Part shown: positions 1 through 13,098 of the stretch, piece by piece | How the letters are laid out: the number at the start of each line of letters is the position of its first letter | Position numbering within the stretch: the first letter of the stretch is position 1 | Source: Trichinella spiralis | Taxonomy: Eukaryota | Length of the DNA: 64,000 bases | Direction: 5' to 3' | NCBI RefSeq assembly: GCF_000181795.1 | Contig: NW_003526940.1 | Span: 3,199,293-3,263,292 of the forward strand | Made by a program: the position numbers and the translations under genes | Notes under the pieces: generated by a model | The model's database searches: none | Seen by the model: only the letters and a program-made list of their open reading frames with translations | What the model was told of the DNA's origin: nothing

Positions 1-39
1 GAACATCATAACAACACGGTCACCACGCATTTGCCTTAC

Positions 40-1930
40 TTGTTCCAAACAACGGTTTTGCTTGATTACCAAAAAGAGAAGGAGCTGAGCTCGCTTGAGC
101 TGGTGTAGTTGAAAACAGTGAGCCAGCATTACTCTGTGGAGCGCCAAATCCAAATGTAGCCGCCGCAACTGGGCCTTTACGGTTTGCCAAATAATCTTCA
201 ACTCTAAGTTCCTAATTACATAATACTGTTATAATTACAGGTAAAAAAATTAAATTTAGAAGAATAAATTTAAATTCGGTACAAAATAAATAAAAACAAA
301 ACTACACACGTTAATATATATATATATATATATCAAAATAAATTATCATAATGAAAGCTCATTTGAAAAATTAAGAAAAATGTAAAAAAAATATTTCCTT
401 CATTTTTCCTTATATATTACTTCTTCATGCATACTTTATTTACAGATAAATATTCAGAAAATAATTCATAATTGCAAACCTCTACACCACGTAAATGACA
501 TTTTAGTTAAAATTCTGCGTTTAAAATTTTAAATATTAACTATCAATAAAAATTAAAAAAATATTAGTACACCAACAGTTACATTTTATATGTAAAACCA
601 ACTGTCTATTGCTTCAATCAACTTCAAAAAAAACTTTTTTTGATTTTCCAAGTACTTCCGCTTGAAAAATTTGTTACATTTTACATAAATTTACATACGC
701 TAAATATAAAGCAATACTTTAAAACATGTTTATGAACATTAAAAAAAATACTCTGAGGATCAATTCCGACTAAACTGATAATAATTATTTTCGAATTAAA
801 ACATCGCAAATTAATAATAAATAAATTTTACAGATTTAATACAAAAAATAAATGCAACTGTTTAAATTTATCTATGTAATAAATCTTAGAATTTTCAAAA
901 CGAAATTGAAAATAAACTTCATCATCAAAGCATACTGTAATTCATCTAATGTGAACAACAACATATAGTATGACGATAATAAACAGAGTAATATACGAAT
1001 TTTACCTCAAAACTTTTCCCTTCATAATGTTTCATTCCAGTTATGCACTGAAGTTTTGTACTTATAGCAGTTTGTATGTTATTCCTCATCATTGTGTCGC
1101 TACCAACAACTGGTTCAAATTTCACTGTTGTACCACTAGCAGTTGTAGTCGAACCAAACAACGATGAACTAGTTGTAGCTGGTGCACCAAAGATGTTGGT
1201 CGCCGCCGCTGGCTGTCCTGCTGGTTGCCCAAATATTGAAGTCGTTCCAACAGTGCCTAATATTACAAAAAATGAAAATTCCTTATAAACAAAATCGCTG
1301 TAATTACCGAATGTTGATGGCGCTGAAGCTCCAAACAATGGTTTATTTTGAGTAGAACTGAAAATGGACGATGCTTGTGCACAAAATGTAGGAGCTAAAA
1401 TATCAATCGAAAGAAATTAAATAATATTAATATTTCACATACTTGTCCCAAAAAGCGATCCCTGAGTAGTAGCTGTAGATCCAAACAATCCTGTACCCGT
1501 GGAAGCCGGAGCAGTGCCAAATAAGCCAGTTGCTTGCGTAGCTGGTGTTGGAGCACCAAATAGGCCAGTAGTTTGCTGCTGACCAAACGGTGCATTAAAC
1601 GAGCCTGAAATATTTTTCGGTGAATTTCTCTAATTTAGAAGGAAACATTTTTCTTCAAATCAAATTCTCAACATATCGAATGATTAGGATGTTTATATTC
1701 GCACCTTATATGAAGTAAAAGCATGCATAGAAACAAATATGAATGAAAATTTATAAAATAATTAGAAGAACCACACACTTCGAAAAATTAAACGTCAACT
1801 GACAAATCTATACACAAACAACCTTAACAATATAAATGGAATTATCAAGGAAGTCAGTTGTTATTCAAACAGGCTTACCTGCGCCGGTTCCAAAGCCGGT
1901 TGTACCAAATGTTGGTTGATTTCCAAACAT
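40..1930 (-). CDS. NUP98: Nucleoporin Nup98(-96), N-terminal FG-repeat and GLEBS region; gene continues past the left edge
   Basis: ATG at 1930 (MFGNQPTFGTTGFGTGA). GT-AG exons 1879-1930, 1443-1604, 1308-1394, 1006-1256, 40-211. FG/GLFG repeats. GLEBS motif GTTVKFEP...KLQCITGMKHYEGKSFE|ELRVEDYLANRKGP spans exons 4-5. Confidence 0.93.
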
Positions 1931-2749
1931 TATTTTAACGTAATGAAGTCCACAATTAAATAAAGTATTATTACGTCAACTTGAAATGTTGATCCGAGTA
2001 TACTTTTGATATTGACAATCAGGTACAGTAAGGAAGAATAACAATTAATTTCAATTTTCTAATGCTCTATTTCTTTTTATTGATCAGAAAATGATCAATA
2101 AAAATTATTTTATGCATTTAAAATTACCTTAGTTTTATAAATTAATAAATAAATTGTTGTTTTGATTTAAATTTTAAATATTTTAAAGCTATTTATGATA
2201 TTGGATTAATAAACATTATCTTAAACACAAAACGTTCATCAATAACATTTTATTATTTTATTATATTATATTATATAATCCTATATGATCCTAATGATTT
2301 TTTCTTATTTTGAAAAAAACTGAACAAAAAATTAATAAAAACGGATTTAAAAATTTTAAACAATTTCCGAGTATTACAATATGAATGTTTGCGTTAAATT
2401 TTTGCTTTAATTACTACTACAAAAATTATTATTTTGTTATTACTACTTAGCAGATGTTTTAATGCAAAATGCAAATAAATTTTATACCTATACATCTTTT
2501 TATAATTACAGTACGCTTGCACGAATTATAATTTTAAAAAAATGCATGCTTATGGTAACTGAATTGTGTCACATAACTCTTGTTAACTGGTATTAAGCAC
2601 TGTTATATTGCAAATGTTTAATATTTCATTAATGAATCAAATATTTACTGAATCACAGATTAGTGAAATAATATTCTTTTGAAGCATTTGGAAAATTTTA
2701 GGTAACGTAAGGCATGTTTACAATATCGTAAAAAGCATCTTTTCATAAT

Positions 2750-3798
2750 ATGACAGTCTCTTCACCATATACTTTGATTTGCGGCGCTTTTGCCGGATGG
2801 GTTGTCGATATGGTATTGCATCCGCTGGATACAATAAAAACTCGCTTACAGTCATCTTCTGGATTCAAATCTAGTGGTGGATTTTCATCAGTTTATGCCG
2901 GCATTCCTTCTGTAGCAGTTGGATCAGCTCCAAGTTCGGCTCTTTTTTTCTTCACATACGAGCAGTCCAAGCAGTCAGTTTCCAAACATATTCACAACGA
3001 CTTTATTGTTCATATGCTATCTGCTGCTTTTGGAGAAACAGTGGCTTGCTTTGTTCGAGTTCCTACTGAAGTATTCAAACAAAATTTACAGACAAATCCG
3101 CGTATTTATTTAAGAAATATTTTCAATTCAATTATCAGTAAACATGGTTTTGCTGGTTTTTATCGTGGTTTCGGTTCCACTTTATGCAGAGATATTCCCT
3201 TCTCAGTAATACAGTTTCCACTTTGGGAATATTTTAAATTCAGAATGAGTAATGGAAAACCAGAAAACTTATATCCATGGGAATGTGCTGCTTGTGGATC
3301 AGTTGCTGGTGCTACTGCCGCAGGTATTTGTCAAGAAATTGAGTAAAATGCTCATGAATGAATGTATTTATTCCAGGTATAACCACCCCCCTGGATGTTG
3401 CTAAAACGAGAATCATGCTTTCTGTGAAATTAGGTCGAAGCAATTATTCAGTTATTTCTACACTGATGGATATATGGGAAAACAAAGGCATCCGGGGATT
3501 GTTTGCTGGCTGCGTGCCACGCGTTGCTTGGCTATCAATAGGAGGCTTTGTTTTTTTTGGAGCTTACGAATTTATTAAAGGTTTTCTTTCGCTTACTCTG
3601 CCATTTAGTATAACAGGAGTGGAAAGTGAAGAGCTGTTTCGAACCACTGTAAGCGACGCGATAGCTAAGCTACTTTACAAAGAGGGAATTATATCACAGA
3701 GTCCTGTAACGTTTGATGAACGGATAGCAGAAGCTAAAGAGAATGGGTTGCGACGAAAAAATCGAAAATCTAATGATTATTTTGACGGAAATCAATGA
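2750..3798 (+). CDS. SLC25A26: Mitochondrial S-adenosylmethionine carrier (SLC25 family) with C-terminal extension
   Basis: Exons 2750-3323 and 3377-3798 with a 53-nt GT-AG intron. Three carrier signatures PLDTIKTRLQ, PTEVFKQ, PLDVAKTRIM. SAMC-typical GSAPSSALFF and RDIPFSVIQFPLWE. Confidence 0.9.
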
Positions 3799-3976
3799 AA
3801 ATAATTATGCAAACTATGAAAAATTAAAATTCCCTTCAATGCATATATGTTATTGTGATGGTCAAATGTCAGACTGATTGCAAGTCACATCGTTTATAGT
3901 GTATTTCCATTTGTGAATAATGATTATTTTTATAAAATTATTTGCTTAAATATGAAAAAAAATTTTAGCTTGAAAA

Positions 3977-5733
3977 ATGCTTGGAAATATTCCACATTTT
4001 GTATTTGTTGTTCGTCATTTAACCAAGTCAGTGATTTTCGGAACGAAGTAAACCTGCACCGTGTACAATTCATTTTTATATTTAACGTTTTTTTTGCATT
4101 TCAGTAAACTTTTTCGTTTTCCTAAACGAATAATAAAGACAGCTGGAGAGGATGATCATTTAATTTTTCGTCCTTCAATTGCGGAGAAACGCAAAAGACG
4201 AATCTTGCGAGCTCCATACCTTGAAACAAACGTAAAAGTGGAAACCAACACCAAACACATCGCTGAGCAACAGTTATTCAAGGATCCAAGTGGAAAAATT
4301 TCTTGGCGAAACTTGAATGTTAAATCTGATATACTGATGTAAAACAATAATAATTAATATTTTCATCAAGTGTATTTGTTAATTTCTTTTCTCAGCGAAA
4401 AAATAAGAACAATGCGTAATCGGCAAAGACGAAAGATAGCAAATACTATTTTATTGGAAGGTAAGAATCTGATCATGGAAGCTGTTGCCGCTGGAATTCA
4501 GTTACAGCACGTTTTATTTTGCGAGTAAAGTCGTGTTATTTATTTAACTCGATTAATAAGTGCAATTTTTATTTTAATGTGCAAAGTTTGAAAGTGTTAG
4601 AAAATATGCCTTTGCCTGATGAAGTGGATAAAGTGCGAATAAGTACTCATAGAATGAATACATGGTCTTTGTTGGATTCGCCTCCTGGAATTATGGGTAT
4701 GCATAATTTTGTTTATTGGTTATTCTGAATGAGTCTGAAATTGGATGTGATTAGATTGAGAGAAATTTGATTCATTTTAAAGAAAGGAATTGGAAATGAA
4801 TTTTTCTTTTTAAGATGTAAATACAAAAAATATGTAGATTTAAAATTGTATTGATAAGTTAGTCTGTTAAAAACTGTGATGCATTGCTGTGAAAGTGGCA
4901 AGTGATGAATGAGATAAAACGCAGTGGTAATTTTTTATCTATTTTACTACTAGTCCTTCATCGAAGTATGTATATGCAACGCATTTCTTGTTTTTGTAGC
5001 AGTTGCTAAGAAGCCGACTTATGAGGAAATATCGAAGAGTAAAAATTCGCATATTTTGCCGTTGACCGTTATTTGCGATGGTTTGAAAGATCCTGGAAAT
5101 GTGGGATCTTTGATTCGTTCTCTTGCCGCCATGGGATGCAGACGAATTTTGGCGGTTACAGGTAATATTTTTAAACTTTTATTAATTTTATATCTAATTT
5201 ATAATGATTTAATGTTTTATTTATTCTAATATTTAATATTTTCAAAATGAATATTTGAATTTTTTAACACTTTATAAAATTTAAAATATTAAACTTTTAA
5301 GGATGTTGCTATTTTTGGGAAGTGAAAGTGTTGCGCAGCGCTTCGGGTGCACATTTCTACATTCCTGTTTATGAGGACATTTCCTGGAATCGCATGTTAG
5401 ATTATTTACCGCATGATTTTTTCGTAAAATTTTTTGCTTTCATGTTTTACTTTTGAAATTCAGTTTTCTTCTTTATAGCTTTATTTGGCTGATTCAAATG
5501 TGAAGAATCAGAAAAATGAAGAATCTTTATTAACAATTCGTTTTCAGAGAGATACGGAAATTGTACTAGTTGTCGGCAGCGAACGGACTGGGCTTAGTGA
5601 ACAGGCATTGCGCTTTGGCGAACAGCATGCGGGCAAGCGTTTACATATTCCAATGACTAATGATAAGTTTTGTTTAAATTCTGCAGTCGCAGCTACTCTA
5701 ATTGCGTTTGAAATTCGTAAACAGATGTCATAA
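3977..5733 (+). CDS. MRM3: SpoU/TrmH-family RNA 2'-O-methyltransferase, most like mitochondrial rRNA methyltransferase 3 (RNMTL1)
   Basis: About 7 exons in consistent phase from ATG 3977 (MLGNIPHFVFVVRHLTK, presequence-like). ILLEGKNLIMEA substrate-binding segment. SPOUT motifs DGLKDPGNVGSLIRS, VLRSASGAHF, VVGSERTGLS and CLNSAVAA. Confidence 0.82.
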
Positions 5734-5864
5734 TTAATTGCAAATCTATTAAAATTATACAATCAGAAATGTAGAAATGGATGTTTTGTTAAAATTGTGC
5801 ACTTACGAAATACTTTACAAACAAAATTTTACTTTGTTTTCAAATATCAGCAGTCGTACTGTAG

Positions 5865-6797
5865 ATGACCAAAGATTGGCAAGTTGTACTACCGAAGAAG
5901 TATTGGAATAATGTTGTAGAAGTGGATGAATTTTACGCAATTGAACTTGATGATGCAAAACTTGTATCTTCATACGTGCAAGCATTCAGTGAACTATGGC
6001 CAATTTATTCATATAAGCATTTGAAGCGAGTTCGTGGAACGCAGCCATTTACTATCTTACTGGCACCGGTAGGTGAAACGGATGAAAATAAACTATCAAA
6101 GGCAGAATGCTTTTCTGATTTGGCAAAGTTGAAATTATTGAAAATCAATGTACCAAAATATCCGCCATTGACTCGATCTCAATACGAAGCAGCAATGCTA
6201 ATATGGCCTGTAGCTTTTCATCCAAATAAAAGAATAGCAAATTTGATGGATTTGTCCATTTTTTCCAATGCAGATGTGTTTAATGCGGATCGTTACATGC
6301 GAATGTGCATTGATAGTGCTAAAAAGGTGAAGGGACAAGTTGGAGTGGGCTGTGCAATTGTGGAACCAAAAACGGGCACTGTCATCTCAGTGGCTAACAA
6401 CAGTTTGGCGTCGGAAAACCCCATACAGCATGCTGTGATGTGTGCTATTGATCTGGTGGCTGAGTTTCAAGGTGGCAAGCCATTGTCGAGGCAGTGCAGT
6501 GGTGTTTTGCATGCCGAAAAAGACCAGCTATCTCCAGATAGCGGTTCGTGCTTTTATCTTTGTACAGGATTTGATTGTTACGTGACAAGAGAGCCATGCG
6601 CAATGTGTTCAATGGCATTGTTGCATTCGAGAATAAGACGAGTTTTTTATGGATATCCTGTGAATCATGGCGCTCTTGGTTCAGCAGCTATGATTCATAT
6701 GCTAAAATCGTCAAATCATCGATTCGACGTGTTCAAAGGTATTTTAGCTGACGAATGCCTTCAATTGGAAGTTGCCGAAAAAACAAGTGAAGTTTAA
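5865..6797 (+). CDS. ADAT3: tRNA A34 deaminase non-catalytic subunit Tad3, single exon
   Basis: 310-aa ORF with HLKRVR, PPLTRSQY...WPVAFHP, PIQHAVM (HAE changed to HAV as in Tad3), YLCTGFDCYVTREPCAMCSMALLHSRIRRVFYG and NHRFDVF. Confidence 0.92.
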   Translation: MTKDWQVVLPKKYWNNVVEVDEFYAIELDDAKLVSSYVQAFSELWPIYSYKHLKRVRGTQPFTILLAPVGETDENKLSKAECFSDLAKLKLLKINVPKYPPLTRSQYEAAMLIWPVAFHPNKRIANLMDLSIFSNADVFNADRYMRMCIDSAKKVKGQVGVGCAIVEPKTGTVISVANNSLASENPIQHAVMCAIDLVAEFQGGKPLSRQCSGVLHAEKDQLSPDSGSCFYLCTGFDCYVTREPCAMCSMALLHSRIRRVFYGYPVNHGALGSAAMIHMLKSSNHRFDVFKGILADECLQLEVAEKTSEV

Positions 6798-7696
6798 TTT
6801 CAATTTTCATGATGCATTTTAATAAAATAATTTTATGCTAATTGTTGGTTTTTTTTACATTTCGTATTCACGTAATACAAATAAATTTAGTTGCATAGTT
6901 CAACAGTGAGTTATTTGCTGCAGCTAATAAGTGAAAATGATTCTGAGGTGATTTGAAATTTAAACAGATATTCTGTAAATGGTTTATTATGTATTTTAAG
7001 ATGACATAGTGAATTATTGAATAAGTTATTTTTATATTTTATTTAAACTTAAGCATTGTTTAGTAATTTTTTTAATTCAGTGAATGTGCAATTGGTTATT
7101 TACTTAAGCTGTGTGAATTACAATAATAAGCAGTTCATGAGATCTGTTATGATTATGACCATGAATTTTTGTCGCATGAATTAAAACAATATTTTTTCTC
7201 AAAAAAAGATTAATTTGAAGTGAATTAAACAAAAACTTTGAAAAGAAATATTATCACAAGTGAGCAGTTTTTTATAATTGAATGTTGTTGCGATTTTTGA
7301 GAATATTTTAGAAAGTTTCTACTTTTAATATTGTTGTTAATTTTGGAAAGATGTTTATTCTATGCTATCAAATAATATCTATCTTCAATAGTTAATGCTT
7401 TTGTTTGCTTGATGGTAAAAGAAATTCGAAGAATGTAAAATTTTTGAAAAAAGAAAATGAACATAATAAATTTCAGTTTAAAATTAATTTAACGACTTTG
7501 AAGTTTGTTATATTGTTTGTTAACTTTAAAGCTATTTAAAGTAGTTTAATTAAAATGCAGATAATTTAAAGTTTAAATTTCAATTTTAAATTTATTCTTA
7601 TTCTTATTAGAATTATTATTGACTGTTTTGAATTTTTTTGTTGAGAGCAAGCAGGCTTGTTTGTTTTTGAGTTTGTGATTTTGTATTTCATTTGTG

Positions 7697-9382
7697 ATGT
7701 CGAGTGAAAAAATTGACAATGCTCAAAAGAAGCTGGATAATTATGCAAAAATTTTGGATCAATTGAAAAGTGCCGAAAAAAGTTATCGTTTTTCAATTAC
7801 GGAACCAATGATTGCAGAAATATTGGAAGATGTTATTAAAATACTGGCAAAAGATGCGACACTTTTGGAATTGGAAGCTCCTTTGATAATTGTTGGTGAT
7901 TTGCGTGGCAATTTTCACACGTTGCTTCATATTTTTGTCAAATTTGGTTGGCCTCCAACAACTCGTTATTTATTTCTGGGCAATTATTAATTTTTTTGCA
8001 ATTTTCATATAAACATGATTGTTGTTGTTGCTGTCAGTAATTATTTTCATTTTCAGGCAACATTTATGGTGATTTAAGTCATTTCAATCTTCGAACAGTA
8101 GCTTTGATTTCATTGTTGAAAATTTTTCACTGCGATGCAATATTTCTACTACGGGGAAATTTCGAATCGTCCGTATCAATTTATTTACCCGGTGTTTCAA
8201 AAGAGGCAGACGATGATGATGATGCGTACAATTTTAGCTCTCTATTTTCGCTCCATCTACAGGTGCATATATAATATGTGTGTTTTATTTTTGATCATTC
8301 AATTTGCTCAGTTTGAGATATTGAACAAAAATTCATCAGCAATTTATTTATTTATTTATTTATTTATTTATTACAATTTTTTCCATTGATCTCAATTGTG
8401 AAATTGGATTTGCGAATAATTTTCAATTGCACAAAGTCGTATTGCTTATTATAATTGTTTGATGAAGGGGTTTTTTGTAATTTTTTGAAATATTCGAAGT
8501 TGCTTTTTAAAAATGTTTTAATTAAATGATTTCTCTTGTTTTTTTTTGAATTTCAGGAAATGTTTCACCACCTTCCGTTGGCAGCTGTGATCATGTCTCG
8601 TATATTTTGTGTGCACAGCGGCATTTCACCGATGTTGGTTGATTTTGATCAAATTCGATCGCTTCAACGTCCGTTGAATGTACCAAAAATTGGCTTGATT
8701 GTTGACTTGCTCAATGCTGAACCGAAATCGAGCATACAAGGTTATGTATTCAATGAAAACTCGAACTCGAATATTAACAATTTAATATTCGGCGAAAATG
8801 TGGTGGAACAATTTTGCAACGATTTTGCAATCGATCGGATCATTCGGGGACACGAGGTGATGATGATGATGATGATAATGTTTTTTTCTTTTATTTTCTC
8901 CCCATTTATCGCTTTTACATTATTTAAATTATCCAATTGAAATTAATTGAAAATAATTGGTATTTTATAAAATTTAAATTTAAAAACTTCTGAAAAAATC
9001 ACACGCACACCACACACACACACACACGAAGAGGGCTATTTAATGTAAATTTTGCTGTTGTTGAAAATAATCTTTTTATTTATTTATTTCAATTTTAAAT
9101 TTGAAAAAACTCATATCTAACTTTAATTTTGAAAATAATTTTCATTCAGAACGTCGAGAAGGGTTATGCATTTTTTGCTGAAGAAAAAATGCTGTCAATA
9201 TTCAGTTGTCTGAATTATGAAGATAACAATGAAGCGGCAGTGGTGGAAATTTATCCAACCCTGGAAATTCAAATTAACGTATATTCATTTATTATTATTA
9301 TTTAATTTCTTTTATTTGTTCATTTTACAATCTGTAAAACAAATTGTAGATTTTTCGGCAATCAGAATCGCCGTCTATGTGA
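7697..9382 (+). CDS. Divergent PP1-like (PPP family) Ser/Thr phosphatase, probable pseudophosphatase
   Basis: Exons 7697-7979, 8057-8263, 8557-8857, 9150-9278, 9350-9382. PP1-like segments LLELEAPLIIVGD, GWPPTTRYLFLG, LLRGN, LPLAAVIMSRIFCVHSGISP, FGENVVEQFC, IIRGHE|NVEKGYAFFA. Confidence 0.8.
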
Positions 9383-10955
9383 GTGTTGGTTGCACTGACG
9401 AAAATGGAACAACTGTTCAAATTTTTCTTGTGAATGGAAAAAAATTGTTCCATCAATTATTGTAATTAATTTCCAATTACCCATATTTTTTTGTTTTTTA
9501 ATTTATAAGAAACTAGAAAATTTGGAAATTTTATTATTCTTTTCGAATAATTTCGAATAATTAATTTCAGTATATTGTTCAGTGTATTTTTTTACTATGA
9601 GGAGAAAAAATAATTATTTTCATTTTTCAAATTTGACAAACTGAATATTTTCAAAAACAAACAACACAAGCAAAGAATCGGCTATTGTTGTTTGTTATTC
9701 ATGCAAGCCGTTGTCAGCATTTGCTTAAAAAACAACAGAAAAAAATAAAATGTTATCAGAAATAATTGGGGAATTTGCAATTACATTTCTTTTGGTAAAA
9801 TTTACACTTAGTAATTATCATTTGATAATATTTAAATTTAAAAGTAAAAAAATGAAAAAATTTTCTTATATTGTAAATTCCTCCTCCAGTCTGTTGTGTG
9901 ACCAGTGAATATTATATTATATTGAATGAAAAGTACTTTCTTTATTCGATTTTAAACAATTGTCATGAAAAGTGCAGCAGCAGAGCAGTCAGAGTTATTA
10001 TCTATGCAAAAAATTAAACAAACAACATTGTTCATCTATATTAAAAGAAATACATGAAAATTATTTGAGTATTGGTAAAAATTGAATGAAACAATTTACA
10101 TTTATTCCAATACAACTAACGATTGTAAATTTAATTTCACATACAAAAAATAAACTCCAATATACAATGATCATTGTTTTATAGTTTCTTTTGTAAAAGT
10201 GTAATAATATCTTTGAAAAAAGAATAAATATTAAAATAATACTTCAATTTAAATATACCGTTTGTGTGTTGCATTTTGGATTATTTTAAAATGCTTTATC
10301 GTATTCAAAGCGACAATATTCAATTCAATCATAACTGAACACAGACAGAAAAGGATCATTTTCGCTTTATTACGTCATTGAAATTGTCTGATGCAAATAA
10401 TAAAAATTTCCTCAAAATTCCATTTAATAATAATAATAATTGATATCAAATGCAGTTTCAGTTATTCCAACTTTTATAATTTTTTATGAATGAAATAATT
10501 AATTTTCAAAAAAAAATTATTAAAAATTGGGAATAAGCAAATCTTTTTTTTTCCAAAAATTTAATCATCTTGATGAAATTAAAAAAAATTATTTCTTTTT
10601 TGAAGTTTATCATAGAATTTATAAAATCATTTCATATACAGATATCATCTCAGGAAATGAAACAATCGTTAATAATATCTTCATAATTTCAATTAAATTG
10701 TTTTTTCTTTGCATTTTACGCTTGTCATATAATTCATGCAAGTTAAAAAAAATTTCAAAAGTAAGTTGAAATATTTGAAATAATCAATTAGAAGAAATGG
10801 ATAAAGAATGTTGAAATAATAATTGCAGTAGTTGTTTTATGAAAAGAAAAACAAATTTTTTATTTTTCAAAAATAATAATTCATCATTTATCAAGATGAG
10901 ATATGAATTTTCTCAGAATTGTATTTGTATATTATTGTGACGTTTGAATATTATT

Positions 10956-11390
10956 GAGGTGACGTGTGTCGAAGGTTCCAAATTTACACTTGCATCCTAC
11001 TCGGCCACCTGTTGCTGATAGTGGAACTGATATTTGTTGACACAACGGCGTACTCAAAGTAAACAAGCCTAGCCGCCGCTAACAAAAGCCCCAATTGCCG
11101 CCCCTACCTCCTGCTCGACAAAGCTTATATATATATATACACATATATATATATACATATATATGAAAATTGTTAACAATTACAAGATGGCGTGGCGGCG
11201 GCAAATCGCCCGCCACCTGGTTTATGTTAAATTTTCTACCTGCGTCGATTGTGATTGGTTCTCGTCCACGATCTTAAGCCGAAATAAGCCGTCTCAACAG
11301 TCAGTCAGTGCAGTTCACCAAAGCTGGTGGCAAAGGTCGTGAGGATTCTAAGTAGTAGTGCCGCAGGTCACGGTATTTCAAGTCACCTGC
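10956..11390. mobile_element. Possible solo LTR or short non-autonomous element
   Basis: About 430-bp GC-richer island in very AT-rich DNA, bounded by the short inverted repeat AGGTGAC (10958) / GTCACCT (11382), with an internal (AT)n tract and no coding similarity. No TSD identified. Confidence 0.35.
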
Positions 11391-13098
11391 TCTCTGCTAC
11401 TTAAGATTCTTACCACCTCTATCTACTCGTCGTCGTCATTCACTGCAAAATTCAATTCCACTCACAAATTTATGCATACATATATTTTTTTTCTTTTTCT
11501 ATCCCATCTATCTAAATTTTATGGTAAGCTAAATAATATGATATTAATAATCATCACCATATGCTATTGTCATAAATATTTAATTAAAAGTACATTTAAA
11601 CTATTAATAAAGCATCTTAATTTCAACTATATATATATATATATATAATATATATATATATAGTTTATTTGATTTTTGTTATAATGATTGTAAAAAATGT
11701 AAAACGTTCAACAAATTCAAATTCATCTCAAATAAGAAAATGTCAAAATTTTACGTTGACATTCAACATGCGCAAATAAATATCTTTTAATCATTTTCAT
11801 ACTTCAGTTAATTGGCATTTATTAAGATTAAATTTTTGCAAAATGAAAAATTTTCAAAAATCAATTTGTATTTTTCTTCTTTACTATTCTATCTTACAAC
11901 AAATTCGTTGATTTCAACAACAATGCCTGAGGAGAGAAATATCAAGTGGGAAAGAGAGAGAGTGAATTATGCAAATCTTTTCTCTTATCTCATTTGTTTC
12001 ATAATAATTTATTACTGAAGAAAATTTATAAATGTTGAAAAAAAGAAATTGAAAAGTCGATTGAATATTGTAAAGTTGAAATTCATTTTTAAAACACATA
12101 TATAAATTGAAGCTAAAAATAAAAATATAATAATTTCCATTCCTTTTTATTTCTCAATTATAATTATTGAATGAGCCAAATTTTCTACTTTCCAGCAGAA
12201 CTAAATTTGAATTATATAAATTTCTGAATTATTATCATTTATTCTATTTACGTTGTGAATTGTAAAGTTAAAATAGAAGAAACCAATCCAAGAAATTGTC
12301 AATATTTCTTTTTTTTATTTAAGCATTTTCTCAACGATTCATAAAACGTTTCTTGCTAGCATCACTGAATGGTGTATAAATTTTCATGACCACAGTAAAT
12401 AATAATAACAATCATAATAGAAATGCAGTTGATTCATTCATGCATACCATGTTATTGAAAATAAAGAACTGTTGTTTAATAATGTCATCATCATATTCTT
12501 CTATTTTTTATGATGCGCAGCATGATCGTTTAGTTCTTTGTCTGAAATGTACAATCAACAACTGTGTTGGCTTAGCAAGAACAAGCAGGCGGGTAAACAA
12601 ATTGTTAGCTTTAACAGGCAGTTAGTTTAATTTGCACAACTGGAATCTGATTGAAGCAGGTGATTTTGCCTTAGTTGAACTGGCCACGAATTCTTGCTGT
12701 ACAAATAAATGATTTTAAATTGTAACCTTCACTTGCAAAGGTTACTGATTTGGGCACGTCACATAAAAATTTACCATAATCCAAAATACTGCATACTGAA
12801 AATTTATAAATTTTCAAAAATAATGCTTCTGCTATTTTCAGTCACTTGAAAAAATTGTAAAATACAGTAATCGATCTTTATTTTCTTTTATTATTTACAG
12901 TTTTTGAATAACAGCAACGACAAAAATACTTTCTCAAATAAGTTTATTTCAAAAAAATCAATTTTGTTCAGTAAAATAAATTATAATTGATTACAATCAT
13001 CATGCTAAATCGTACGCATTATTTGTTATCGTTTGTATTTCAATAATTTATGTACTGTGCCGTATCGATTATTATTACTATTATTATTATTATTATTA

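Noticed and set aside
6420..6440. HAV instead of HAE in the deaminase
   Set aside because: Normal for the ADAT3/Tad3 subunit; not novel.
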